Origin: Vitrella brassicaformis CCMP3155
Taxonomy: Eukaryota > Protista > Chromerida
Reading direction: 5' to 3'
Assembly: GCA_001179505.1 (NCBI GenBank)
Contig: CDMY01000362.1
Location: 36,818-100,817, forward strand
Length of the DNA: 64,000 bases
This document shows positions 12,633-24,993 of this stretch, one piece after another. How positions within the stretch are numbered: the stretch's first letter is position 1; each line of letters opens with the position of its first letter. The position numbers were made by a program, and so were the translations under genes. The notes below the pieces were generated by a model. That model was not told the DNA's origin and searched no databases. It saw only the letters and a list, made by a program, of their open reading frames with translations.

Positions 12633-15241
12633 ATGTTTGTGCAGCAGAAGCAGCAGCAGCAACACCCGTTTATGCCCCCCTCCCACCCCTACATGCCTTT
12701 GCACCCACCTTACGCCCACAAGGCGATGATGATGGAGCAGCAGCCGCCCAATCAGCGCACCAGGCGCATTCAGCAGCCGCAGGGACAGCCGCCGTCAGCG
12801 CCCCGCCCCGACATCGCCGGCTTGTACAGCACCAACGCCACGTCCAAGGCCGAGAAGAAGGGATGGCTGGAGAGGCTCAGCTGCGCCATGAAGGACCTCT
12901 ACGCCAGCCTGACGTGCCCCCTGCCGTGCTGCCAGGTGAAGAAGAGCGCGCCCAGGGCGCCAGAGTTCCCCGCCGCACGGCAGGGCGCGTCAGCACCGAG
13001 GCCGCCCATCTACCGGCCTGGTCCGCCACGACACCCACCCGCCGCAGCGACATTGGCTTCTTCACCGCCTTGCCGAGCCAGCATGCCGCCTGCAGCGTCA
13101 GGATCACCAGCTGGCACCACCGCCACCGGCCCCGACTCGCCAGCACCACCCGCAGCCCAGCCACGACAACCACCGCTGCCCGACTCGCGGGAGGTCCTCA
13201 TGGCCTTCCAGCCGGCCGGCCGATACATGCAGCGCTGGAGCGACAAGTTCGCCCTTGTCGAGGGGCATTCAGACGCCGCCCCGCCGCCCCACAGCCGGCT
13301 GATGCTCAAGACACTGGTGCCCACGGGCATCGGCGGCCAGCTGGGGGGGTCCATGAGGGACGAGCTCGTGGGGAGGCTCAAGAGGGAGGCGGAGGCCATG
13401 AAGGTCATGGAGGGAAGGACAGGAGATGGCGGCCTACCCATCGCGGCTGAGGTGGTCGCAGAGGGCGACATTCCAGAGGGCGAGGAGGTGCCGATCCGCC
13501 TCATGGGGGAGGAGTGGCAGAAGCACCGCGACGGCGCCTACAAGGGCGACCGCCCGGCCGTAGCCAACACGCGTGTCGAGGCGCGCCTCTACGGCCACTT
13601 CCTGCTGTCGAACTTCGCCGGTGAGTCAGACAAAGAGAGAGGGCCACAGCCACAAACACATCACGTGTATATCTCTGTATTTGACTGTCTGTCTGTCTGT
13701 CTGTGTCGGTTTCATTCGTTCAGCACTCCTGCCGGAAGCCACCCGAGCAGAGCTGGAGGAGCAGCAGCCCCCACCCTCACCCCTGCCCCAACCGCCAAGG
13801 GCACCACCAGCTGCCGCAGCTGCTGCTGCCCCCGAGGGCCACCGACACACTCGCCCAGTGGACCCGCCGGCCATCGACACACTGCCCCAGCCCCCCAAGC
13901 CACAGCATCCCCCCCGACAGTCCCTGATTCCTGACGAGGACGAGGACTACGTCCCGTCGACCATCCTGCGTGCGCGTGCCGAGAAGGCCGCCAAGGAGGC
14001 CGAGATGGCTCGGGCGAGGGAGGCGGAGAGTGGGGATGAGGGTGAGGAGAGGAGGCAGCAGCAGGCAAAGGTGGAGGAAGGCGAGCTGTGGACCGGCAGC
14101 GTCAACCTCACTGATATCCTCCACATCCGCTGCGGCCGCCTGAAGCCCCCCAGCATCAAGTCGCCGGCCACGGCGCGGAAGCTGCAGCTCATCAAGCAGA
14201 CGCTCGAGCGCCTCAACCTCAGCAAAGGTGCCTACCGCCACCTCATGGTGTCGTGCCTGTCGTCACTGGAGGGCATCCATGGGGCTGGGTGGGTGCACGG
14301 GGATACCAATGGCCAGAATGCCATGGTCGTCTGGGATCCCGTCACCCGCCGCCTCTACAGCCCCTGGATCGACTTCGAGGTGGCCAGGGCGACCACCGAG
14401 GCCGAGCAGCCCCTGACGACCACTCCACCCACACTCTGCCACGTGGAGCCGGTGGCGGTGCCCCCTCCCCACTGTGACCCAACGGCACTCAGACGTGTCG
14501 CCAAGGTGATCGAGGCGGTCATCGACCAGAGCGAGCCCACCACGGCCGCACCGGCAGCACCGCAGTCGCCCCTCTATGGCGCCTTCAGCCGCATGGCCGA
14601 CAGCTACGCCATCTGCTCGCTGGCCGCCGCCATCCTCATGGGTCCCCACATGGACCACCCGAGCGGCCCCTCGCACAACCACGTCATCTTTTCCCCCGCG
14701 ACCTTCAGGGGTCCCTTTGTGGACCCGCCGAGCGGCCCCTCCGACACCCACCCCATCTGTGGGCAGCAGCTGCCCTTCTTCCCGGGGGCACATGGGACCC
14801 GCAGCCGCAGCAGAAGAGATCAGCAGCAGCAGAGTCTGTACGGCCGCCACTTCGAGTGGGTGGAGGAGGAGGATGCGCTCATTAAGGTGGCCATCGAGGA
14901 GGGGGGCGAGGAGGGGAAAAGGGCGCTGCACGACATTGACGACGAGGACCCGACGAAGCGCCACAAGTGGCTGGTGGGGGCGGTGGAGCAGCGGCTCGTG
15001 TGGGAGGAGCAGAGGGGCGAGTCGCGCGACGAGGAGGCCGTGCAGGACCTCAGGATGGCCCTGGTGCTCGTCAAGGAGGGGATGTGTCCGGACGAGGGCG
15101 AGAGGCGCCCACTGCGTGAGATCATCCAGTAAGGAAGGCACGCACTCGCACATCCACTTGACAGCAAGCAGCATGCATCGTGTGTCTGTGCGGGTCTGTG
15201 TGTCTTGCTCCTGCTGCAGGCACTGCCACGATTTTCTCTGA
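12633..15241 (+). CDS. Atypical ePK-fold protein kinase or pseudokinase with long Gln/Pro/Glu-rich inserts
   Basis: LMLK (beta3 Lys), LKREAEAM (alphaC Glu), HGDTNGQN (HxDxxxxN), WIDFE (DFG position), ADSYAICSL (subdomain IX), CPDEGERR (XI). Introns ~13622-13724 and 15129-15219; ends IIQHCHDFL*. Confidence 0.8.
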
Positions 15242-15269
15242 GTAGGAGCAGCAGCAGCAGCAGCAGCAG

Positions 15270-16055
15270 CATGGTGGCACTGGCAGCAGTCATGTGGAGC
15301 AGCTGCCTGATGGCGTTGCAGGAGCGGCTCAAGCAGGAGCGCATGGCGCAGCGACAGCACTTCCACATACCAGGACATACACCACCAGAACCTGAAGGAC
15401 ATGAACATTCAGCAGCACCAGCAGCAGCACCTGCTGGCCCCTCCCCCGCCGACCTTTCCCCTCCCCGCCCGCATGCCCCCTCCCCCACAGCAGCTGCCGT
15501 CATCATACCATGTCGCATTTGAGACCATTGGACTCAGCTACAACCAGCAGCAGCTGATGCACGAGGCCCCCGATGGCTGCCTGCTGCTCACGGGCGTCGG
15601 GGACGCGGCAGCGGACGAGTACATCGGCCCAGTCGACTCGCAGATCCTCGGCTCGCCTCTCGCCCAGCCCATGATGCCGCAGCTGCAAGACGACCGCAAG
15701 ACACCAACGGCAGCAGCAGGTGGCGGTGGCGGCAGGATGGTGCCTCTCGGTGCAGAAAGGTCGCATGTCCTTCGCGGCGTTGAGACAGAAGATGGGCCAG
15801 GCGGCCAGTGAGAAGGCCGGTGTCGACAAAGGCGGCGGGGATGGGGGTGTGGACAAGGGTGGGGGAGGCGGTGTGCTGCGCTCATCGGGTCTCCGCTCGA
15901 CCCTCATGCAGCAGAAGCTCCACCAGCGGGCACAGCAGCAGCAGCAGCGAGCGGGCACCATTGCCAAAGTGGCGGGCAAGAGGACGGCTGTGGGGCTACA
16001 GAAGAAAAAAGGAGAGGCGGGAGACACAGAAGCGCCGAAGGGCAAAGAGGAGTAG
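15270..16055 (+). other. Overlapping low-complexity Gln/Pro/Gly-rich ORF segments in three frames; possible degraded gene or unresolved exons
   Basis: ORFs 15205..15522, 15401..15811 and 15720..16055 each look protein-like in part, but no consistent splice model was found. Confidence 0.3.
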
Positions 16056-17001
16056 AAGGGGTCGGAGCCGATTCCTCACGGCAGTGCGGTTAGCGAGTCC
16101 ACCACTGGCCCGTCGTCCAAGCGAGAGACCGACCACAAGACTACACCGCCACTGCGTCGGATGGATGGAGCGGGCAGCAGCGGCTCTGAGCACCAACCAT
16201 GTCTGAGCCACACCAGCAGAGCAGCATCAGCGGACGACGGCATTCGTTCGGCGACATCGTGCCACCACGAGCACACGGCGGTGCTGGGGTCGGGTCGGAG
16301 GCGACAAGGCAGGGTGTGGTGTGCTGCAGGTGACTGACCACATTCGAGGCCATCGAGTCGTTCGTTCACCGCCTTCTTCCTCTCACCTGCTGGCCCTTAC
16401 TTACTGTGCGGCTCTTCTCGCCCAGCAGCCATGCGCCGCCCCCAGCAGACGTCACGCCATCAGCTGGGGCCCTCCTCCGCCGCTCTACGTGGAGCCCCCC
16501 ACAGCAGGCGTGGGATCGCATGGCAGCTGTGCCGTGGGGAGCAGTGGGCTTCACGCGATGATGCAGAGGTGGGAAGGGAGTGCGGCCAAGTGGTGTTCTC
16601 CCGGGGGCTCTCTTCATGGCTGTGACGGCTGGGGCGGTGAGCGAGTGTGCGCAGGAGGGTGTGTCGCTCGTGCGGATGCTGCTCGCCACAACCAAGTGAG
16701 TTGGAGGCGAACCATACACCCACAGAACACACACATCTGTGTCTCTCTATCAGAGGCCCTGAATGAAGATAGCGGCCGTCGTGCTGCGTCATGACGGCGG
16801 GAAGGGCGGCCCGCTGAGCTGAGCTGGGGGGACCTGTGTTGGTGCCTGGGCATTCGCGATGTGACTGCCAAGGCGACGTGCTTCTCTTCGCACCAAACAC
16901 CACAACTAAGTGGGCTTCCATCTACCACACACATGCAGACCTGCACAGCACAGGCAGAAACACGCGACACCTGTCTCCTGTCTGTCTGTCTGTCTGTCTG
17001 T

Positions 17002-17994
17002 GGATGGTCCAGGTGGTGGTGCCCGTGGGCCTCGTGGAGACTTCAGCAGCACTTTTCACCTCACCATCATCCCTCCAACCATCGTACACCGCCTCACCTT
17101 TCGCCCTAAGCACCATCAATACCACCACCGACAGCAAGGATACTGCTGGTCCGGCAATCGAGGTCCCCGATCTGTTGGAGGCCCTTGTTGCGGTGGCAAT
17201 GGTGGCCGAGAAGGGCTTGAGGTCGGGGGCAGAGGAGAAGGACAGTGTTGTTGTTGGTGGTGGTAGCATGTGTGTGGATGGTGAGGAGGGGGGCGATGAG
17301 TGTGTGTGCGAGGGCGGGGGGCTGGAGATGCTGCGGCAGCAGATCTAGACAATGGCGCTCACGGCCATCTGCGAAATGCTCAAGGATAAGGCTGTCGTCG
17401 GTAGGATGAACACACACACACACACACACACACATACACACAAAGAGAGAGAGAGAGAGAGAGAGGACCAACCAGAAGCCCACTGTCTGTCTGCCCGTAT
17501 GTGTGTGTCCGCCAGAAAGGGTGCTGTCTCGCCAGAAAGGAGCTGTTCCAGCCGCTATTGGACATCTCCCTCCGCCCCGTGCAAGTGCGCTCCTTCACTT
17601 GACCGGCCTTGCCGACCTCCACGAGCGGGCGCAGAAGTTGCGGCAGGTCGCCAGGGACAGGCTGCAAAACACCATCCCGCACTCGACCTTCCGGCTGTTC
17701 AAGGGCCTCCTGCCCACTGCATGGGACTTCCAAACGGCCCGGCACTTCATCTTCAGCTGGACGAGGGGGATGATGGAGAGAGATCGACTACATGCAGCTG
17801 CTCAGGGCGGTCTCGATCAGCATGAGCAGCCATCTTGGCCAACTGAGAGGCATCCGGAAGAGCCCCAAGCCGCCACCAGCACCACCACCACGCGCTCATA
17901 CCTCTCACTGTCGACATTCACGCCCTCATCCTGTCTGCCCTCCCGTTCGCTCATCGGAAGGCCTGTGGCGGGTAGACGGTGCAGCGGATGGTGA
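17002..17994 (+). pseudogene. Orphan-family gene fragment with in-frame TAG at 17346-17348
   Basis: EMLRQQI*TMALTAICEML reads in one frame, followed by an intact phase-1 GT-AG intron (17401-17515) into ERVLSRQKG...KLRQVARDRLQNTIPHSTFRLFKGLLP. Confidence 0.5.
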
Positions 17995-18811
17995 CGTCGT
18001 GGGGCAAGTGGATGATGCACAAGAGCAGAATGGACGGGGGACGAATTGGGCGAAGGGGGTAAGTAGACACACGTCGCCCACCACAACACGTCATGCACAC
18101 ACACCGTGAGCATCATGACCCTGTCGCCTGTCTGTCTGTCTGTCTGTCTGTTTTTGTCTCTGTCAGGGTTGTGATGTCGCTGCCCTCGTTGGTTTGGCGG
18201 CCGTGGCGGCGTCGGATCGGCAACCAACCATTCATCATGCCCGACGCCTTCAAGCGTACCGACACTCTGCAGCGTACAGCACCCCCACACTGACGGCCGA
18301 ATAGACGCAACGCCACTCACTCACCAGGGTAGGTCTGCGACACGCACGGCATAGCACTAACATGAGACCGTCTCCCCCATTCACCGTCGGTTCGTGTTGC
18401 CCCTCACCCGCAGGTTCTCGTTTGCTCTCGCGTTGGGCCCGTGTGGTTCTGTCGCGCTTTGTTTTCTCGTTCGTTTTCGGCTGGCTGGCCTCACCATGAG
18501 CGGCAGTGTGTGGCTGTCCCGACCCCTGCGTGTGCCGCCACAACTGCATGAACTTGGGGATGCGCCGACCAGCCAACGTAACACCGCCACGACTTTCTTC
18601 TTGTTTGGGATGTCTGTCTGATTATGGATAGCCGTCGGTCGTCGATTTTTCCTCTCGTGGCAGGGAAACGTACGTGCTGTTTTTGTTGGCCAACCTGGAT
18701 GTGTTTTTGTCGCCCTCTTCTTGTCCTTCGGTTCGTTCGGTTTGCGTATTGTATAGATGGAGGCGGGGGAAGGGCAGTGTCCGAGCCAACCCAACCCACG
18801 ATGGGCGTAGA

Positions 18812-18866
18812 AAGGCCGTGTTGGCCGTATCCCGTCGGGGGAAGGCCGTTTTGGCCGTATCCCGTC
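18812..18866. repeat. 25-bp unit tandem duplication, period 30
   Basis: aaggccgt(g/t)ttggccgtatcccgtc at 18812 and 18842. Confidence 0.85.
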
Positions 18867-19808
18867 CATCACCCGTGGATGGCTCAGGCGATGTGTGTGG
18901 TGTGGGAGGGAGGGAGGCGTAGTTTGACTAGACGATCGTCTCGCCCACCCGCACCGCACACACATGCCCTCCCTCTGGTCTGGTTGCCGAGCACCGCTGT
19001 TGTTTTCCTCACTTGCTATGTATTTCTTTCACACCGTCATTCGGTTTCACTTTTGCCACTAGGGAGGGGAGGGAGAGAATTCAGTCGTTTGCATTGGCCT
19101 GGTCGTGTGTGAAAGGCTGTCTGTCGGTCTGTCGGTCTGTCTGTCTGTCTGTCGGTCTGTAAACACTTTATCTTTGTCTCGTATTCATTTGCGGGTTATG
19201 TTTCTGTCGGTGGGGGTGGGGCATTCTTTTCCGAGTGAGTGATAGCGAGTGGAGTCGTCCGTCCGTCCGTCCATCTGTCGAGCATGACAGGTACACATAC
19301 ACGCACATCGACACGCCCACAAGGCTCGCTGATCATGATACATGATTGGTTGTCGGTCAGGTCAATCGAGGCTGCAGCTGTTGTGTCGATCAGCTCACTT
19401 CGGCCCCTCACATCGTGTCCATTCTGCAAGACTTCGGCAACCGCTGACGCTTCCAGCCAGTCGACTCGTCTATCTGCCACAGAGGAGAGGCTGCCGAAGC
19501 CGCCGGCGAGAGGTGGTTGAGGGGGCGTCATGCGTTTGTCAGGCCCGCGGGTTATCAGCAACAAGAACCAGTCCACTGAAGGAGAGCACGCCGCACCATA
19601 GCAACGGCATTAATCGGCAAGGCCGAGAGCTCGCTCGCCTGCCATCGATGCGAGTGGCGCTGTTCTGTTTGGATCGACCAGACAGACATCTGGCTGGCTG
19701 GCTGGCAGGGTTGGGCAGAGATGGATAGATTGTTGGGCGGTCGGCGGGATGAATGGATGGGTTTGCTCACAGCGCCTTCGTGTCTTATGTACCTACGCAC
19801 AGTTGCTT

Positions 19809-19865
19809 GCCGTGAGACCACTGACTTGCCGTGTGTGTGCGCCGTGAGACCACTGACTTGCCGTG
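19809..19865. repeat. 25-bp perfect direct repeat, period 32
   Basis: gccgtgagaccactgacttgccgtg at 19809 and 19841. Confidence 0.85.
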
Positions 19866-20209
19866 ACCTATTTTTGGTGCATTCCCATGTGGTGACACTG
19901 ACTGGTATGGCTCGCGGCGCCCTCCACACACACAGAGAGACACACACCTCTGCACGCACTGCGTAAGTGCACATACATACGTACATTTGTAGTACCTGAG
20001 TGATGCACAGGGGTCTGCCTGCTTGGCTGGCCGAGCACTGTGGCCATGTGGGTGCAGCTGTACTGGTAGATAGCTGTGATTGATCCATTTGCCACCTGCT
20101 GGTGGCAGAGTGGATGACTGGGTGCCGCACACGCACCTCCTTAACTTGATGGGCCCGCCAATTGATTTGACCATCTTGAGGCAGTACATACAAACGAAGA
20201 CACACGTGG

Positions 20210-20720
20210 CCACGTGGGAGGATGATGAACTGCCCTCTGCAGTGAGTAATCCGTCAGCCAGTGCTCACGAACAGCAGCCCCGGGGCATCACATTGACAGA
20301 CGGGCCACCTTGGCTGCTGCTCGGTTCTTGACGTGCACACGGGTATGAAGATCGACACACTGCAGCAGGTGAGGCAGCTACACAGAAGGATACGAGAGAG
20401 AAGTTGGGTACACGTAACGCGTGTATTGTGATTTCCTGTGACCTCCCTGGTTGCCTTTCAGCCTTCGAGTGCCACGTCGACTTGCACTGCCTGAGTGGAG
20501 GCCTGACTGACGGACGGATGGAAGAGGAGCAGAGCGGTGCGGTCCACGTGGACCTACTGACACGATTCGCTATCGTTTTCCAAATGGTCTTTGTTCAGTT
20601 CTCAATGCACGTCATTCGAAAGAAGTCGTCCATTCGCCATTGCAAAGAGGTCTCTTGAAGCAAATCACTCATTCACTCACTCATTCAATCATTCACTCAC
20701 TCATTCATTCACTCATTCAC
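20210..20720 (+). pseudogene. Decayed 3' end and downstream flank of a TLDc-gene paralog
   Basis: gggccaccttggctgctgctc, acacactgcagcaggt, gagagaagttgggt, attgtgatttcctgtg and cacgattcgctatcgtt...gtcgtccattcgccatt match 24384-24970 in the same order. The reading frame is broken. Confidence 0.8.
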
Positions 20721-21399
20721 TTCTTGAGTCTGTCTGAAGAAGGAGTCTGTTTCTCGAGAGAACGTGTTCAAGTGAGCTGGTCATTCATCAAAAACAATTC
20801 ATCCAAAGCGAGCGGGTCTCACTGCGGCTGAATGCTTGACTTCTGACGAGTCCTATGGGCCCACAGAAGGGCTCCTTCGCCCTCTTTTGTCGACCTGCAA
20901 GCCGATCGATGCGAGCCTGAGAGAGTGGGCGAGAAGAACGAAACAATTCGCTTCCCAGGCCTCTTGGCGAGCCGAACGAGGACCTGCTAACCGAACGAGT
21001 CCGTCTGTCCATCGCTGCAGCCGCTTCCCGTGTGCAACTGACCCATCGGCGGCTATCCAACGTGTCGAGTGTTCACGGCCCTGCTGCTCAACAGATAATC
21101 GCGCCACGTAGCGGCTTCTCGTCCAACGGTGAGTGAATATGCGGCGATTGGATCACTCAAGCACACCGATGAGCTCTTTGCTGTCTGTGTGTCTTGATGG
21201 TCTTCAGGTCTGCCTTGTCGACGGGCGGACTGGTTGGTTATTTTTGAACGGCCTTGAGTGTGCTGCTGGCCGTCGACTCAGACTTTTGATAGGCAAGCAC
21301 TGATGCACACAACACACACACCAGGTGCCTGCAGGCCCATCTCTGTGTGTGTGGTCTATGGTGCAGCTGTTGGTCTGTGTGTTTGAGTGGGTGAGAGCG

Positions 21400-24300
21400 A
21401 TGTCATCGGAGCGTCCCGACACCGACATGGCCCCTGCTGGCCCGGCGGACGGTGGCGATGGCGATGAAGGTACGCTCAGCTCACACAAATGCACCACATT
21501 TAACGCTCAGCACCATCGCCGAGCATCGTGTGTGTGTGTGTCTGTGCGTTCCTCTGCAGAGCAACATGGCGGTGGTGACGTGCGGCGGCCAATGGATGTG
21601 GAGGAGCGCCAGGACGGCCGTGCGGGCGGTGGTTCCGTGAGCAATGTCGTCATGAGGCAGACGAACAACGCCTCAACGACAGAGCCCTCTCACATGCCAT
21701 CGCCGGTACGCCAACGAACAAGAGCACCGCGATTGACAGACACCTTCACCCACTCTCCCCTACGTGTGTGTGTCATTCAGCTCACGGCCACGGTGGCGGG
21801 TGGGCCACAAGCAGCAGCAGCAGCAGCAGCAGGTAGTCAACAAAGGCACAGCAGCCAGCCTGACGCAGCACATCATCATGGTCTGGGTCGTGCGTTGGTG
21901 TGTATGTGTGTATGTGTGTGTGAAGGTGAAGGCGTTGTGAAGCGTGCCGGCTCTCCTCTGGACCGTGAGGAGCCTAAGAGGGCCAAGAGAGACGGCCAGA
22001 CGCACCAATCTGCCGCCAACCTGGACGCTGCCAAGGAGGCGCCAGACAGCAGCAGCACTCAAACAGACAAGCCGTGGCGGATCAACGTGGGCGGCTTCAC
22101 CATGGAGTTCCCTCGTGAAGTGCTGCTGCGAGATGGCCTCAAGGACACACGCCTGGCAATGTTGTTTCACCGCTTCGCTGAGTCGCTGCTCAAGGACACC
22201 GACGGCATCCCCTTCATCGACGCAAACCCGCACTACTTCATCTGGCAGGGCGGGAAGCAAACCCCATGTTGTTTGATTGACATTCATCCGCTGGCCGCGT
22301 GTTTGACTCTCTCCATCTGTGTGTGTCAGGTTGGATGTCAAGTTGGGTTTTCTCAAGGCGGGCTGGATCGACGACATCACGCTCTCCGACGACTGCCCCG
22401 CCAAGGCCTTCTACCACGACCTGTGCTTCGCCAAGACGACACTCAGCATGACGCCACAGGACGACCAGGGCAGTGAGGCCTTCCAGAACTTCATGGCGGT
22501 GATGGGCCGCTTCATCAAGTCATCGGCGGCCAGAGGGACGGGCGGCTATGAGGTGCTGAGTGCCGTTGTGCATGGCACGACTGTTTCCACGACGGACGCC
22601 ACCCTGGACGACCACAGCACATTCGGCAGACGATTCACGAAGTCAGTTGGGGCAAATGAGGAGGAGGGGAACGGCGCAGTATGGACTTGTGGGTGTGTGT
22701 GTGTGTGTGCCTGTAGGTTTGCGGCACCCGTCACCGATGAGAGTGTGCCGACGACCACCTTCGAGAAGTAAGGCGACACATCACAGGCGGACAGAGGGCA
22801 TCTGTGGGTGGCCTGGCCTGGTTTGGTTCTCACAGGGTCGTGGATTTCGTCCGCCGCCGTCGCCTGGCCCCCGACGCCGTCTTGGCCCTCCCCATCGCCG
22901 ACGACTGGCCGCAGCTGCTGAGTGCCTTTGAGATGTACGACCTGATGGAGTGTGTGTACCTGACCATGATCGGCAAACCGCACAGCACCATACGCAGCCT
23001 CTTCAGGTGTGCAATCACAGCAGAGAGGCACACAACGGCCAACATCCCTTCCGTGTGCGTCTCTGTGTGTGTGCCAGGGATTCTGTGCACGGCGAATCGC
23101 ACGAGCCTCTGCTCGACCGAGTGGCGGGCGGAGAAGGCGGCCGGCTGTTCGTCATCGAGCCCGAGTGCAAAGAGGGCCACCGCCACATCTTCGCGTGCCT
23201 CATCGACGGCCCCCTCATCGCGCCGTCCGACCCCACAGCAGAGGTGCTCACCAGGCGGCTCACCACCTTCTACTCCATCAGTGGGGCGTTCAAGGACCAA
23301 GAGGGCATCGTCAGCATCACGGTGCCGCACAACCAGCAGCGTGTGGACGTCGCTGGCACACAGGGGGTGGTCAAGGCCACCAACGGTGTTGGTGGCAGTG
23401 TGTGCATCGGTAGCAGCCGCCTGTGGCTGGGGAGTGGCGGCAATGTGGCCATCGGTCACGGCCGCCTGTGGCTGGGGCATGGAGGGAAGGAGGATGGTCG
23501 TCCGGCCGGCGACCTGCGTCGCTGCTGCCAGTGGGTGGAGAGGGACGACCTGCCCGCCGGCAAGACATACCGAGGCAGCTACACCAACGGACGGGCCACT
23601 CTGGCGGGCAGCCATTCCTTCACTGCCCAGCGGCTGGAGGTGTATGAGGTCAGTCAGACGTCAACGAAGGGGGGCTGAGTTGATGTGTCTATGATGGACC
23701 GTTGATGTCTGTCTGTCTGTGTGCAGGTGTTGACGACTCGTCCGGCCGAGCCCGTCCTGTCTGCTGCTCAGCTGCAGGAGCTCATCAACATGACGGGCAA
23801 TGCCAATGCGACGCCGAAGCTGCTCTACAAGTGTGTGACCAGCCCACAGACAGAAGCAGTGGTGATGTCACTGATTCGCTCGCTCTCTCTCTCTCTGTGT
23901 GTGTGTGTGGCTGTGTGTCAGGGGTGCGTGCGACGGCTGGATGTACCCCGCCATGCTGGCCAAGGTGGGCACCGCCACCAATCTGCTGCTGGTCCTCAAG
24001 GACACCGGCGACCACGTCATCGCCTCCCACATCAACGGACAGCTCAAGCAGCCCGCCGACCCCACTCGTGTGCAGAAGACCAAGTGGCCCGTGGCCCTCT
24101 ACTCGGTGTGTGGCGCATTCAGCGAGGCCGACGGCATCACACGCATCGCAGTGCCGGACGACGAGCAGTATGTGAATGTCGCCGGCCCACAGGGGGCGGT
24201 CAAGGGCGATGGCGCCAATGTGTCCGACGCCAATGTGTCCATCGGTGGCGGCCGCCTGTGGCTGGGGTGGGGGTGGCCGGATTGTCGTCCGGCCGGCGAT

Positions 24301-24492
24301 CTGCGTCGCTGCTACCAGTGGTTGAAGAGGGACGAGCTGCCCGCCGGCGCGACATACAGAGGCAGCTACGACACCATCGACGGATGGGCCACCTTGGCTG
24401 CTGCTCCGACCTTCACGTGTGTGGACATGGAGGTCTACACACTGCAGCAGGTCAGACAGACAGACAGACAGAGAGAAGTTGGGTTCACGTAG
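21400..24492 (+). CDS. BTB/POZ (KCTD-type) + degenerate BTB + two TLDc-like domains
   Basis: WRINVGGFTMEF...LAMLF...IPFIDANPHYFIWL (KCTD-like BTB). TFEKVVDFVR...LLSAFEMYDL (second BTB-like). KLLYKGACDG...LLLVLKDTGDHVIASHING...RLWLG...MEVYT and a similar first copy ending LEVYEV (TLDc-like). One intron needs a GC donor at 22245. Confidence 0.75.
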
Positions 24493-24770
24493 ACGATATT
24501 GTGATTTCCTGTGGTACTCCTGGTTGGCTGTCAGGCGTCGGCCGACAGTGGCTGAGTGAGTGATGCGAGATGAGCACTGCGGTGCGGTCAGTGGTGGACG
24601 TGCGGCGGTGTGTGTCATGGGCGGTGGAGGGAAAGGCAGCGGAGGGGAGGGGAGGACAGATCAGCCAGTTGTGTGTCTGTGTGTGGGTGTGAGGGCGACA
24701 CAGTCCCTCTGCTATGGCCGATCCGCTCCTTTTTCCATCCTTCCTTGGTGTGTGTATATGTACACTCTGT
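22725..24770. repeat. Segmental duplication, inverted copy at ~62000-64000 (continues past the window end)
   Basis: The reverse complement of 63941-64000 matches 22725 onward (gcacccgtcaccgatg...cgagaagtaaggcgacacatca). Exons, introns and 3' flank are colinear to ~24770 / ~62000. Confidence 0.92.
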
Positions 24771-24993
24771 CTTTATGTGTATCTGTTGCGTGACCGCATG
24801 TGATCGCATCCGATAATGACCGATTCCTTCCCGGCCACGTGTGTGTATACATGCTCTTTTTCATCGCCCTGTTGCATGTGCTCGGCTGTGGACTTACACG
24901 ATTCGCTATCGTTCTGAGAATGGTCTCTGTTTGGTTCATTCGGAAGATGTCGTCCATTCGCCATTCATTCATTCATCACAATCCGTCCGCTCG

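Noticed and set aside
14263-15408. Long antisense ORFs (also 1011..2204, 22830..23615, 56294..57343, 59419..60261, 62276..62956)
   Set aside because: Shadows of GC-rich coding exons on the other strand; no motifs, and they run through intronic microsatellites.
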